A stretch of DNA of 64,000 nucleotides from an uncultured candidate division Zixibacteria bacterium (GTDB taxonomy: Bacteria > Zixibacteria > MSB-5A5 > UBA10806). Positions 47,006 through 57,125 of this stretch are shown here, piece by piece. The translations under genes and the position numbers were made by a program. The stretch covers positions 128,001-192,000 of the forward strand of contig CAWFQL010000006.1 in NCBI GenBank assembly GCA_963817915.1, given 5' to 3'. Every line of letters begins with the position of its first letter. Positions within the stretch are counted from its first letter, which is position 1. Under the pieces are notes generated by a model that did no database searches, was not told the DNA's origin, and saw only the letters and a list, made by a program, of their open reading frames with translations.

Positions 47006-49015
47006 CTAAGCTTTGCCCTTGAAATCCTCACCCTCAATTCCATATCGATTCATGAGATGGTGAATTTGAGAACGATCCATTCCTGATATCCTCGCGGCCT
47101 GCATGATATTGCCTTCTGACTTTTCCAAAAGATGTATTAGAAATATTTTGTCCAGCTTGTTCTTCTCGGCTTTTAGCTCATCTTTTGTCAAAGGCAAAGC
47201 CCCAGTCTGGGAAGCCCGGGATTTCGCTTGTGATACCGAACGAATCTCTATCGGCAATGAATCCAGACCAATCTTGTCCCCTTTGGCAAAGATAATGGCT
47301 CTCTCGCAGATGTTCTCCAGCTGACGCACATTGCCGGGCCAATCATACATCATAAAATGATCCAATGCTTCCGGCATCAATGATTTCAGCGGCAATTTCA
47401 TCTTCGCGCAAATTTTATCTATGAAAAAATTGGCCAGTAACGGAATATCCTCGGTGCGTTCTCTAAGCAACGGCAGGCAGATATTTACGACATTTAATCT
47501 GTAATACAAATCTTCTCTGAAACGGCCTTCCTTTACTTCGTTTTCAAGATTTTTGTTTGTGGCCGCGATTATTCTGACATCAATCGCCCGTGTCTGATTG
47601 TCCCCGACGCGTCTTATTTCGCTTTCCTGAAGAACGCGAAGCAATTTCGCCTGAAATCCCTGGCTTGTATTGCTTATTTCATCGAGCAAAATGGTACCGC
47701 CCTGTGCCGTCTCAAAAAGGCCGATCCTATCGGATATCGCCCCGGTGAAGGCGCCTTTGACATAGCCGAATAATTCGGATTCCAGTAACGTCTCCGCAAC
47801 CGCTCCGCAATCGACCGGCACGAAGCGATTATTTTTCCTCGGGCTCGCAAGATGTATAGCCCGCGCCAATACCTCCTTGCCTGTCCCGGAATCACCTGTG
47901 ATTACTACAGTGACATCTGTCTCAGCCACCGATTCGGCCATGCGAAACACCTTCTGCATTGGTGACGAACGCCCGACTATATTGCCGAATCCCCAAATTG
48001 ATTCTACCTGTTTTTGCAGATAGATATTCTTTTTTTCCAGCTGCTCCGACATTCTCGCGTTATCTACCGCGATAGCGGCCAGATCGGCGAAACTCGAAAG
48101 AAACTCTAAGTCGTCATCTGTAAAAATCTCGCCGGAACGGCTATCCACGTAAACGATACCCAAAACCAATCCCTTTACCGATAATGGCACACATAGTAAG
48201 GATGATATCTGAAATTCAACCATGGATTGCCTGGACTCGATATTCTCATCAGTCCGGCTCAGAAGCATCGGTTTGCCGCCCCGTGCAACTTCCAGAGCGC
48301 TGGAATGAGAAATCGTAGTCTCTCCGAGGATATCCTCTCGTGCCAGATTACGGGCCACTTGCGGTTCGAGAGAATCATTCGAATACAGCATCACGAAACC
48401 GCGTTCGCCGTTCAATGTCTCTAACGCTAAATCCATTATCTTATTCAATAGAGGCTCAAGTTCGCGAATCGTATTTATCGTGCGCGCTACCCTGAATAAT
48501 ACCTCCAAACGTTGTTCTCGTGAGACATTGCTCATCTTCAATACCTCGTTTTTGCTTTCGCCGGAATTTAATTGCAGGTGATCATTGAATTTTGCCAATA
48601 AAATTTTATCCAGTCCTTCCAATGATTTATCTATTTCGCCGGTCAATTTTTCCATTTGCCTGCGATATTCATTCGCTTCATCAGCCATTTTCAAAAACAT
48701 TAGCTTCAGCGCCATCAATCGCCATCGTTCCGATGGCATAAAATATAATTGCGTCTTGCCGATGGCCTCGTCCAATCTCGCCAGCCAAATTTCAGGGCTA
48801 TTAACCCGGCCGCTTTGCAAGGCCATCCGCGCTCTATAACGGGTTGCTATCGGAATCATGCGGGGATTCTTTTTCAATATTTCATTGATCTGCTTTTCAA
48901 AATCTGCATTGTCAGATGAGCCTATATCCCCCAATGCGATCCCTATCAGAATGGCGCGAGCCCTATGAAGGGATTCTCCGAATTTTCCCGGAAGCTTCAG
49001 ATACTGACTGAACAC
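47006..49015 (-). CDS. GAF + sigma54 AAA+ + Fis HTH activator (probably the C-terminal part of a fusion with 48997-52203)
   Basis: GDSGTGKE, ESELFG, GAFTGA, LLDEI, FREDLYYRLN, WPGNVRQL; no clear SD at its start. Confidence 0.85.
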   Translation of the reverse strand: MFSQYLKLPGKFGESLHRARAILIGIALGDIGSSDNADFEKQINEILKKNPRMIPIATRYRARMALQSGRVNSPEIWLARLDEAIGKTQLYFMPSERWRLMALKLMFLKMADEANEYRRQMEKLTGEIDKSLEGLDKILLAKFNDHLQLNSGESKNEVLKMSNVSREQRLEVLFRVARTINTIRELEPLLNKIMDLALETLNGERGFVMLYSNDSLEPQVARNLAREDILGETTISHSSALEVARGGKPMLLSRTDENIESRQSMVEFQISSLLCVPLSVKGLVLGIVYVDSRSGEIFTDDDLEFLSSFADLAAIAVDNARMSEQLEKKNIYLQKQVESIWGFGNIVGRSSPMQKVFRMAESVAETDVTVVITGDSGTGKEVLARAIHLASPRKNNRFVPVDCGAVAETLLESELFGYVKGAFTGAISDRIGLFETAQGGTILLDEISNTSQGFQAKLLRVLQESEIRRVGDNQTRAIDVRIIAATNKNLENEVKEGRFREDLYYRLNVVNICLPLLRERTEDIPLLANFFIDKICAKMKLPLKSLMPEALDHFMMYDWPGNVRQLENICERAIIFAKGDKIGLDSLPIEIRSVSQAKSRASQTGALPLTKDELKAEKNKLDKIFLIHLLEKSEGNIMQAARISGMDRSQIHHLMNRYGIEGEDFKGKA

Positions 49016-52000
49016 TTTCCATCTGCCGATTGACTCTGGCCCAATTCGAAATGAATTTCCGCTTTTATCGAAAGAATAATCCCGGTTTGTTCGACGTCGT
49101 TAATTTTCTTGGCCAATTCAATCGCAATCTCAGCTTCGTGAAGTGCGTTTTGAAAATCAGCCACGGCGCTTAAACATTCGGCGATCCCGATTCGATTTGC
49201 CAATTCGATTCGAGGCTCCTGAATTTCCAGAGCGATCGCAAGACCCATTTTATAATTCTCCAATGACCTGAGTATCTGGCCCTTCTTAAAATATAAAAAT
49301 CCGAGATTGTTGAATGCTATAGCTTCCGATCCCCGGTCGCCGAGTGCCCGAAGCTTCTCGATCGCGCCAGCGTAATTATTTTCGGCTTCATCGAGTTTCC
49401 CTAATTCATTTAGGGCGTATCCTATATTCAGAAGATTGATACTTTCGATCCTTCTATCAGATATTTCACGCGAGATATCGAGCGAACGGCTGTAATATTC
49501 GCGGGCCCTGTCATAATCATTTTTCGATGAGTACAGATTTCCTAAGTTGCCATAAAGGCTCATGGCCGACCAAAGGAAATTCTTATCAAGGCTTATATCC
49601 AGCGAACGGCGATAAAAATCCTCGGCGCCGTCAAGATCTCCACGTCTTTTTCGGGCGATTCCGATATAATTCAAAACTCTGCACGATCCCTCGGGATAGT
49701 CGATTTCGGCAAAATGATCCAGCGCTTCCATATACGATTTTTCAGCTTCATCAAGCCTGCCGAGCTTGTCGTAAACGAACCCCAGGCCCACCGACGCTTC
49801 CCCCTGCAATCGGTGATCCTTTAATTCCGACCTCGACAACGCCTGTTTGAGTTTATCAATCGCCTCATCGTTTTTGCCGAGATGAATATGGTTCATGGCG
49901 GCCGCTATCGCGGCTTTGGCGTAATCGGCAATTTCGATTTTCTCTTTGACTGCAAGTTCGAGAGCTCTTGCCAACGGCAATTCAGCGTCTTTGGGCGATA
50001 AAAAATCCATCACTCGTCCATACGATAGATAAGTGCTGAAAATTTTGCGATTATCGCTTGATTCCGAATCAACTTTTTCAAGACATTTCAAGGCCGATTC
50101 GTAAAAGCCGGCTGCCTGTCTATAACCATATATTAGCTCCGCAGATTTCGCTGCGGTCGTGAGATATTCAAAAGCTATCGAAGATTCACCGGCAGACATA
50201 TACTGATAGCCCAAAAATTCCGGACTGCTGTTTTTTGCCTTGAAATATTCAGCAACTTGATTGTGCATGAGATTTCTTGTATCCGGCGATAATGATTCAT
50301 AAACTGCCCTTCTAATCTGCCCATGTGTGAAATCAAGACGGTCCGGCGATCCGAATTCAATCGGCGCCAAAATCTCTTTTTCTTTTAACTCATCGATTTG
50401 GGTCGCGAACGTATTATCCAATTCCGAAAGGTTTAAAATATCGCTCGCGGAAAAAGATCTTCCTATGATTGCGCCATAACCGGCCAATTTCATTTGCGAT
50501 GGATTCAGCCGCTTCAGTCTCCTGCCTATGATAGTTTTTACGTTATCGGACAGGCCGATTTTGTCATTCCATCCCGCTGAGATTTCCCAGCTGTTTTTTC
50601 GCCTGATCAGACTTCCTTCGGCGATTTGCTCTCTGATAATTTCCTCTGCAAATAGAAAATTTCCGCCCGACTCGGAGAATATCCTTCTGGAAAAATCCTC
50701 CGGCAATTCGCTGAAACCCACGAAATTTAATAGAAAATCATTCCAGTCTTGCCATTCGATATGTCTTAAATCGAGCCAGCTTGATTTATTCTTTGTAAGG
50801 AAATCCGAAATTGATTTATTATCAAATGGCTGGCCGATGAGGATTATAAACAATCCAAGTTTTCGATTTGATTTTGTATTGTCAGCGATGAATTTCAGAA
50901 AGTCGATTGTATCGCTGTCGGCCAGATGCAGGTCTTCGACTGCCAGAATTATATTTTCTCTCTGATTCAATTCATCGAGATATCGCAGGATATTATCAAA
51001 CATTCTCCGCCGTCCCGATTTGATTTCGGCCTCGGACATCTGCCATTGGATCCTGCTGATCTCCGGAAATCTTTCAGGAAATAATCTTTTCAAATCCGGA
51101 CCAAAACCGGCAAAAAGCGCCATCTTGGGATCATGTTCTCCGATCAATTGATCCAATAGCTTTATTATTGGCGACAACGGTCTGAAATCATTTTCACGGC
51201 AAAATACTTTGTAAAATTTAAATCCCTTCAATTGGGTTTTGATTCTGAATTCATCAACCAAACGGCTTTTACCGACACCGGATTCGCCTTGAATATATCG
51301 AATAATATTGCAGCCGGATTCCCGCGATTGCAGGGATTTATCTAACCAATCCAGCTCATTTGACCTTCCGACGAAATGCGCCTTGCCCAGAGAATAGCTT
51401 GCAAAGTCAGCTTTCACCGATATCGACGAATTCAATTTTCTGATATCCTCGATAATCTCGATAGTGGATTGATACCGATTTTTAGGAAGCGGATCGATCA
51501 TTCTCTTAATTACCGACCGTAATCCTTCTCCCCCGAAATCGCTCGGGATCACGGGTATTTCTGACCATCCAGCCAATTTAAGGCCGATAATCTCGCTCGA
51601 TGAGCCGGCGATGAGAGGCTTGCCGGTGATCATTTCATAAAACATTATGCCGAGTGAATAAATATCCGATCGAGGCGATAAATTATCCTTGCGTAACGCC
51701 TCGGGCGAAATAAATTCCGCACTTCCCGAAAGCTTCCTATCCCCCTGCCCTCTTAACGCTACCGACAGACCAAAATCCACGAGTCTGAAATTACCATCGG
51801 AGTCCTTTAATATGTTGGTTGGTTTCAGATCGCCATGCAGGATATTTCGCCTGTGGATATAATCTAACGCTTCGCATATTGAATTGACTGCCTTATAAAA
51901 CTCCAGGGGCGTCAATGGAATACTGCCTGCAAGATCGCCATTCGATACATAGTCCATGGTGAAGTAAGCCCCGAGCCGATCGTCAAATCCAAAATCATAG

Positions 52001-52203
52001 ACTTTGACCAGTCCAGGGTGATCCAGCTGAGCCAGAGTATTGAATTCGCTCTTTATGGATTCGAGGTTTTCGGTATTTATCTCTTTTAAAAGCTTCATTG
52101 CCAGCCGAATTTGCTGACGATGATCTTTTACAAGATATACATCACCAATTGACCCGCTCCCGATTTTTTTGAGCGTCTCATATCTTTTGTCGATTAATTC
52201 CAT
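48997..52203 (-). CDS. Ser/Thr kinase + AAA ATPase + TPR protein
   Basis: GSGSIGDV, HGDLKPTN, DFG, SPE; FVGR..GESGVGKS, VEDLHLAD, GGNFLF; TPR array. Confidence 0.88.
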   Translation of the reverse strand: MELIDKRYETLKKIGSGSIGDVYLVKDHRQQIRLAMKLLKEINTENLESIKSEFNTLAQLDHPGLVKVYDFGFDDRLGAYFTMDYVSNGDLAGSIPLTPLEFYKAVNSICEALDYIHRRNILHGDLKPTNILKDSDGNFRLVDFGLSVALRGQGDRKLSGSAEFISPEALRKDNLSPRSDIYSLGIMFYEMITGKPLIAGSSSEIIGLKLAGWSEIPVIPSDFGGEGLRSVIKRMIDPLPKNRYQSTIEIIEDIRKLNSSISVKADFASYSLGKAHFVGRSNELDWLDKSLQSRESGCNIIRYIQGESGVGKSRLVDEFRIKTQLKGFKFYKVFCRENDFRPLSPIIKLLDQLIGEHDPKMALFAGFGPDLKRLFPERFPEISRIQWQMSEAEIKSGRRRMFDNILRYLDELNQRENIILAVEDLHLADSDTIDFLKFIADNTKSNRKLGLFIILIGQPFDNKSISDFLTKNKSSWLDLRHIEWQDWNDFLLNFVGFSELPEDFSRRIFSESGGNFLFAEEIIREQIAEGSLIRRKNSWEISAGWNDKIGLSDNVKTIIGRRLKRLNPSQMKLAGYGAIIGRSFSASDILNLSELDNTFATQIDELKEKEILAPIEFGSPDRLDFTHGQIRRAVYESLSPDTRNLMHNQVAEYFKAKNSSPEFLGYQYMSAGESSIAFEYLTTAAKSAELIYGYRQAAGFYESALKCLEKVDSESSDNRKIFSTYLSYGRVMDFLSPKDAELPLARALELAVKEKIEIADYAKAAIAAAMNHIHLGKNDEAIDKLKQALSRSELKDHRLQGEASVGLGFVYDKLGRLDEAEKSYMEALDHFAEIDYPEGSCRVLNYIGIARKRRGDLDGAEDFYRRSLDISLDKNFLWSAMSLYGNLGNLYSSKNDYDRAREYYSRSLDISREISDRRIESINLLNIGYALNELGKLDEAENNYAGAIEKLRALGDRGSEAIAFNNLGFLYFKKGQILRSLENYKMGLAIALEIQEPRIELANRIGIAECLSAVADFQNALHEAEIAIELAKKINDVEQTGIILSIKAEIHFELGQSQSADGKCSVSI

Positions 52204-52335
52204 AACCCCTAAAAGTGTTATTTATTTCTACAACACAATATATATGCTTAATAAATTTTGGCAAGCAATATAAAAGCAACCATATCAAGGTTGGCATTCG
52301 AAAAAGTTGTTTAACTTGTTGAATTACAATAAATT

Positions 52336-52365
52336 AAAAAGGCGGACAAGAATGATGGCCGCCTT
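52336..52365 (-). terminator. Terminator after etfB
   Basis: AAGGCGG/CCGCCTT stem with a T run on the minus strand. Confidence 0.65.
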
Positions 52366-52388
52366 CAAATACTTATATAAAGCAACAA

Positions 52389-53150
52389 TTAAATCAATTG
52401 GTCGGCTTTTAATTTACTGATTAATTTATCCACAACCTCATCGGTCTCGCCTTTTATAATTTCGCCTTGAGGACGCGGTTTTGGAGCCAATGTCGATTTG
52501 ATATTTATAGTCGGGGATATGTCTACACCCAATTCCTTTGGAGATGTTTTCACGATCTCCGTTTTCTTGGCGCGCATTTTACCTTTTAACGATGGCAGCC
52601 TTGGCTCATTGATCTCTTTTACCACGGAGCAGATTGCAGGTAATGATGTTTCCACTACGTTATATCCAGAGTCCGTCGTGCGCCAGACGACCGCCTTTGA
52701 TGAATCGATAGATTCGAATTTTTTGACAAAACCGACCTGCGGCCAGTCAAGATGCCCCGCTACCGCGGCAGCTACCAGGGATGAATCGTCATCGGCGGCC
52801 TGCTTGCCGGTCAATATCAAATTGATATCGCCGATTTTTTTAACCATCGCCGCCAGCACTCTTGCGTTAACCTGAGGTGCCAATGACGAATACTGATCAT
52901 CTATGATTAAATAAGCTTCATCGATTCCAAGCGCCAGCACATCCCTCAACGCCGATTCCGAACTTGAATTGCCGAATGAAATCGCCACAGTAGTGCCGCC
53001 GGTCTTTTCTTTTATTCTCAATGCTTCTTCTACCGCATATTCATCAAATGGATTAACCACTAATGCTTCGGGCGCCCATTTAGGACCGCCATCGGTAACA
53101 CTTACTTCCGACAGCTGGGGAGTCTGTTTCACCAATACTGCAATTTTCAT
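52389..53150 (-). CDS. etfB: Electron transfer flavoprotein beta subunit
   Basis: MKIAVLVKQ, NPFDEYAVEEAL, GKQAADDD, NEPRLPSLKGKM. Confidence 0.93.
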   Translation of the reverse strand: MKIAVLVKQTPQLSEVSVTDGGPKWAPEALVVNPFDEYAVEEALRIKEKTGGTTVAISFGNSSSESALRDVLALGIDEAYLIIDDQYSSLAPQVNARVLAAMVKKIGDINLILTGKQAADDDSSLVAAAVAGHLDWPQVGFVKKFESIDSSKAVVWRTTDSGYNVVETSLPAICSVVKEINEPRLPSLKGKMRAKKTEIVKTSPKELGVDISPTINIKSTLAPKPRPQGEIIKGETDEVVDKLISKLKADQLI

Positions 53151-53881
53151 TTATTCTCCTTTTGTGCCATTACACTCAATGCTTCGAGCGCCATCTTGGC
53201 GGCGCGCTGTTCGGCTTCTTTCTTAGTCGAACCCTTGCCGGTTCCGAGGCGGGCGCTATTGACCATTACAGATACGACAAATTCTTTGATATGGTCGGGA
53301 CCAATTTCATCAAGCAATTCATAACGAGGCCCATTTTGCCCGCTGCCCTGCAAATATTCCAGAAGTTCACCCTTGTAATTATGGGCGGCCTCGCTTTTGG
53401 CAAGGCTTTCGAAATCTTCAAGCAGAAATTTATGGATAACTTTAGTTGATGCCGAGAGGCCGCCATCGAGATACATGGCTCCTATTAACGCCTCCATGGC
53501 ATCGGCCAATATCGACGGCTTTTGTCTTCCGCCGGATTTTTCCTCTTCGGCGCTGAGGTAGAGGTGATTACCTATTTTGAATATTCCGGCGACTCTTGAT
53601 AAGACAGCTTCATTTACAAGCGAGGCTTTGAGCTTTGTCAAATTTCCTTCATTGTAATCGGGGAATCTTTTATATAGAAACTCCGATACTACCAGCCCGA
53701 GAACCGCATCGCCAAGATATTCCAACCGCTCATTGGCAGCTCCGGAACTGGCGCTTGAACGATGAGTCAGCGCCTTATCCAAAAGGCTTCTATCCTTGAA
53801 TTTATATCCAAGGATAGATTCGATATCTCCCTTATGGAATCCAACTTTTGAGAAAATCTTTCGAAAAAAAGACGAGTGCAT
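53147..53881 (-). CDS. rnc: Ribonuclease III
   Basis: ALTHRS, NERLEYLGDAVL, ADAMEALIGA, dsRBD with KKEAEQRAA. Confidence 0.96.
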   Translation of the reverse strand: MHSSFFRKIFSKVGFHKGDIESILGYKFKDRSLLDKALTHRSSASSGAANERLEYLGDAVLGLVVSEFLYKRFPDYNEGNLTKLKASLVNEAVLSRVAGIFKIGNHLYLSAEEEKSGGRQKPSILADAMEALIGAMYLDGGLSASTKVIHKFLLEDFESLAKSEAAHNYKGELLEYLQGSGQNGPRYELLDEIGPDHIKEFVVSVMVNSARLGTGKGSTKKEAEQRAAKMALEALSVMAQKENK

Positions 53882-53885
53882 TAAA

Positions 53886-55127
53886 TCAAATTTCGGGATT
53901 TTGAATAACTACGCTGACATTATGGCCGCCAAAACCGAATGAATTGGAAATGGCATTCCTGATTTTCGCCGGACGGGCTACATTGGGAACATAGTCGAGA
54001 TCGCATTGCGGGTCGGGGGTTTCGAGATTGATAGTAGGATGAAGCATACCATTATTCATTTGCAGAACTGTGGCAGCTATCTCGGCCGCGCCCGTGGCTC
54101 CGAGCAAATGTCCAATCATTGACTTGGTGGAATTAATCGGAATCTTATAAGCCCTTTCGCCAAAAATCGTTTTGATGGCTACGGTCTCTGAGATATCACC
54201 AAGCTCCGTCGCAGTACCATGAGCATTGATATAATCGATATCGTTTGGCGTCAATCCGGCGTCGGCGATAGCGATCTTCATACTTCGCGCCGCTCCGTCG
54301 CCGTTTGGTGTGGGGGCAGTAATATGATAAGCATCGGCTGACATGCCCATGCCGGTAACCATGGCATAGATTTTCGCACCGCGGGCCTTGGCGTGCTGTA
54401 ATTCTTCGAGAATCAGAATGGCGGCGCCCTCGCCCATCACAAAACCATCTCGATCTTTATCGAAGGGTCGAGAAGCTCTCTTAGGCTCGTTGTTACGGGT
54501 TGAAAGCGCCCTGGCCGCGCAAAATCCGGCAAATGCCGTCAGGGTCACACTGGCTTCGACACCACCTGATACTATGATATCCGCCGAACCTCTCTGGATA
54601 AGGCAGAAAGAGTCTGCAATCGCGTGACTTGACGACGCGCAAGCTGATACGGTGGCAAAATTAGGGCCTTTGAGCCCAAAATGGATACTGACCATACCGG
54701 CGGCCATATCGGCGATCATCATAGGGACAAAGAATGGCGAGACTCGCGAGGGACCGTCTTTGATAATTACGGTCTGCTGCTTTTCAAATGTCTCCATGCC
54801 ACCAACACCAGAGCCGATTACAACACCAGCTCTTTCTCTATCGATAGAATCCAGGTTTATCCCTGAATCCTTCAACGCCTTGCCCGCGCCGACAATCGCG
54901 TACTGCTGGGACAGGTCCATCCGACGCACCTGTTTTTTCTCGATGTATTCGAGCGGATCGAATCCCTTAATTTCGGCCGCTATCTGAGTCGGCAACATCG
55001 AACTATCGAATTTGGTAATTTTATCGACGCCCGATTTGCCGGATTTAAGATTTGACCAAAATTCTTCTATTGTATGCCCGATAGGAGTTACCAACCCCAT
55101 ACCGGTTATCGCAACCTGGCGATTCAA
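53886..55127 (-). CDS. fabF: 3-oxoacyl-ACP synthase II
   Basis: SACASS, INAHGT, KSMIGHLLGA, SNSFGFGGHN. Confidence 0.96.
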   Translation of the reverse strand: MNRQVAITGMGLVTPIGHTIEEFWSNLKSGKSGVDKITKFDSSMLPTQIAAEIKGFDPLEYIEKKQVRRMDLSQQYAIVGAGKALKDSGINLDSIDRERAGVVIGSGVGGMETFEKQQTVIIKDGPSRVSPFFVPMMIADMAAGMVSIHFGLKGPNFATVSACASSSHAIADSFCLIQRGSADIIVSGGVEASVTLTAFAGFCAARALSTRNNEPKRASRPFDKDRDGFVMGEGAAILILEELQHAKARGAKIYAMVTGMGMSADAYHITAPTPNGDGAARSMKIAIADAGLTPNDIDYINAHGTATELGDISETVAIKTIFGERAYKIPINSTKSMIGHLLGATGAAEIAATVLQMNNGMLHPTINLETPDPQCDLDYVPNVARPAKIRNAISNSFGFGGHNVSVVIQNPEI

Positions 55128-55136
55128 TCGTTGACC

Positions 55137-55382
55137 TTATCCCTTATTTTCTACGTGTTTGTTGATATAATCAATCGCTTCTTTCACGGTGGTAATCTTC
55201 GAGGCCTCTTCTTCGGGAATCGTGCAATCGAATTCCTCTTCGAGCGCCAGGATGAGTTCCACTTGATCCAATGAATCGGCATCGAGATCGTCTACAAATG
55301 ATGCTTCCGGTACCACTTTCTCTGAATCCACCCCTAAATTCTCTGCGATGATCTCTTTTACTCTTTCTTCAATTGATGCCAT
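55137..55382 (-). CDS. acpP: Acyl carrier protein
   Basis: [13 protein letters not shown] phosphopantetheine site; AAGGAGG SD. Confidence 0.96.
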   Translation of the reverse strand: MASIEERVKEIIAENLGVDSEKVVPEASFVDDLDADSLDQVELILALEEEFDCTIPEEEASKITTVKEAIDYINKHVENKG

Positions 55383-55439
55383 AGGTCCTCCTTTAGGATT
55401 AAATTATAAATTTAACTAATAATATTCATTTCCGCAATA

Positions 55440-56186
55440 CTACATTACCATGCCGCCGTCACAATGAATCACCTGTCCCGTAATATATTCAGCATTATCA
55501 GAGGCAAGGAACGATACCACTCTGGCAACATCGAGCGGAGTCCCGGCCCGCTTCAACGGTATCACAGTCAGGAATCCTTCCTTCGCCGCTTCCGGCAATT
55601 TTTCGGTCATCTCGGTCTGAATATATCCGGGAGCGACGGCATTTACAGTTATATTTCGTCCGGCAAGCTCCTTGGCTGCCGATTTTGTAAGTCCGATCAA
55701 ACCTGCTTTTGAGGCCGAATAATTGGCCTGACCGGCATTCCCCATCACTCCTACCACCGACGAGATATTAATAATACGTCCCCAGCGATTTTTCATCATA
55801 ATTTTAGAGGCCGATTTCGTACAGAGAAATGCCCCTTTCAAGTTGATATTAAGGACAAAATCCCAGTCTTTTTCTTCCATACGGAGCATGAAATTGTCAC
55901 GAGTAACTCCGGCGTTATTGACAAGGATATCAACTTTTCCAAATTTATTCACAGCTTCTTCAAACATCCGTTCCACATCCTGCGGCTTGGAGACATCGCC
56001 CGAAACGGCCATGGCCTTTATTCCTTTTTTGGCAAGCATATCAGCCGCTTCCTGCGCCTTATCCGCGAGAATATCAGATATAATAATGGAATATCCGCTT
56101 AATGATAATTCCTCGGCAATCGCAAAACCGATTCCTCTCGCCGATCCCGAAATAAACGCTACTCTGGAAGTATTATTTTCGCTCAT
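55440..56186 (-). CDS. fabG: 3-oxoacyl-ACP reductase
   Basis: GSARGIG, NNAG, YSASK, VNAVAPG. Confidence 0.95.
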   Translation of the reverse strand: MSENNTSRVAFISGSARGIGFAIAEELSLSGYSIIISDILADKAQEAADMLAKKGIKAMAVSGDVSKPQDVERMFEEAVNKFGKVDILVNNAGVTRDNFMLRMEEKDWDFVLNINLKGAFLCTKSASKIMMKNRWGRIINISSVVGVMGNAGQANYSASKAGLIGLTKSAAKELAGRNITVNAVAPGYIQTEMTEKLPEAAKEGFLTVIPLKRAGTPLDVARVVSFLASDNAEYITGQVIHCDGGMVM

Positions 56187-57124
56187 TTCTCCCTCGGGAA
56201 TTGCTCGATAAATTTATCGAGATCGTCCAATGTATCGACTCCGAATATTTCAACTTCCGGGTCATCAAATGATCGTTTCGCCAACCCCTGCAATACCTTG
56301 CCCGGTCCGACTTCAACAAATCGCCTGATTCCATCGCGATACATATTTTGGATGGTCGGATACCAAAGGACGGGACTGCTTATCTGACTTGACAGCAATG
56401 GCCTGTAGGATTCGATATCGCTTAACGGCTCGGCATTGACATTGGCATAAACCGGATATGCAAAGTTATCGAATTGCATATCGGATATGACTTCCTTCAT
56501 TAAGTTGGATGAATATTCCATTAATGGCGAATGATACGCTCCGCTAACCTGAAGCAAGATTGCTCTTTTGGCGCCGGCGGCTTTGAGTTTTTCGCAGGCA
56601 GCTTCGACCGCATTCTTTTCGCCCGCGATTACAATTTGATCTTTGCCATTATAGTTTGCGGTAACTACAATCCCCTCGACGCCATCGATGCCATTTTTGA
56701 CTTCATCGAAAGTCAATCCCATCACGGCCGCCATCGTTCCCGGAGTCCTATCGCAATCCTCCTGCATGGCCGCACTTCGTCTGGCTATCGCTTTTAATGC
56801 CTCCTCGAAAGTCAACGCTCCCGCGGAAACCAGAGCCGAATATTCACCCAGCGAATGACCGGCGGCGGCCGAGGCTACAATATAATTCTCTTTTAGAAGC
56901 ATATCGACCGCGCAGGAATGAACGAATACCGCGGGCTGCGTATAGATGGTTTGTTTAAGCTTGTCTTCAGGACCCTCGTAGCAGACTTCATCGAGTTCAT
57001 ATCCAAGAATATTCGAAGCGATTTCAAACATCTCATCGACTGAGAAAAATTCATCTGCTATATCTTTGGCCATACCGACATATTGCGAGGCCTGGCCCGG
57101 GAAGAGAAATGCTATCTTTTTCAT
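56183..57124 (-). CDS. fabD: Malonyl-CoA:ACP transacylase
   Basis: FLFPGQ, TQPA, GHSLGEY, SGAYHS, EVGPGKVL; start taken at MKKIAF. Confidence 0.95.
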   Translation of the reverse strand: MKKIAFLFPGQASQYVGMAKDIADEFFSVDEMFEIASNILGYELDEVCYEGPEDKLKQTIYTQPAVFVHSCAVDMLLKENYIVASAAAGHSLGEYSALVSAGALTFEEALKAIARRSAAMQEDCDRTPGTMAAVMGLTFDEVKNGIDGVEGIVVTANYNGKDQIVIAGEKNAVEAACEKLKAAGAKRAILLQVSGAYHSPLMEYSSNLMKEVISDMQFDNFAYPVYANVNAEPLSDIESYRPLLSSQISSPVLWYPTIQNMYRDGIRRFVEVGPGKVLQGLAKRSFDDPEVEIFGVDTLDDLDKFIEQFPREK

Positions 57125-57125
57125 T

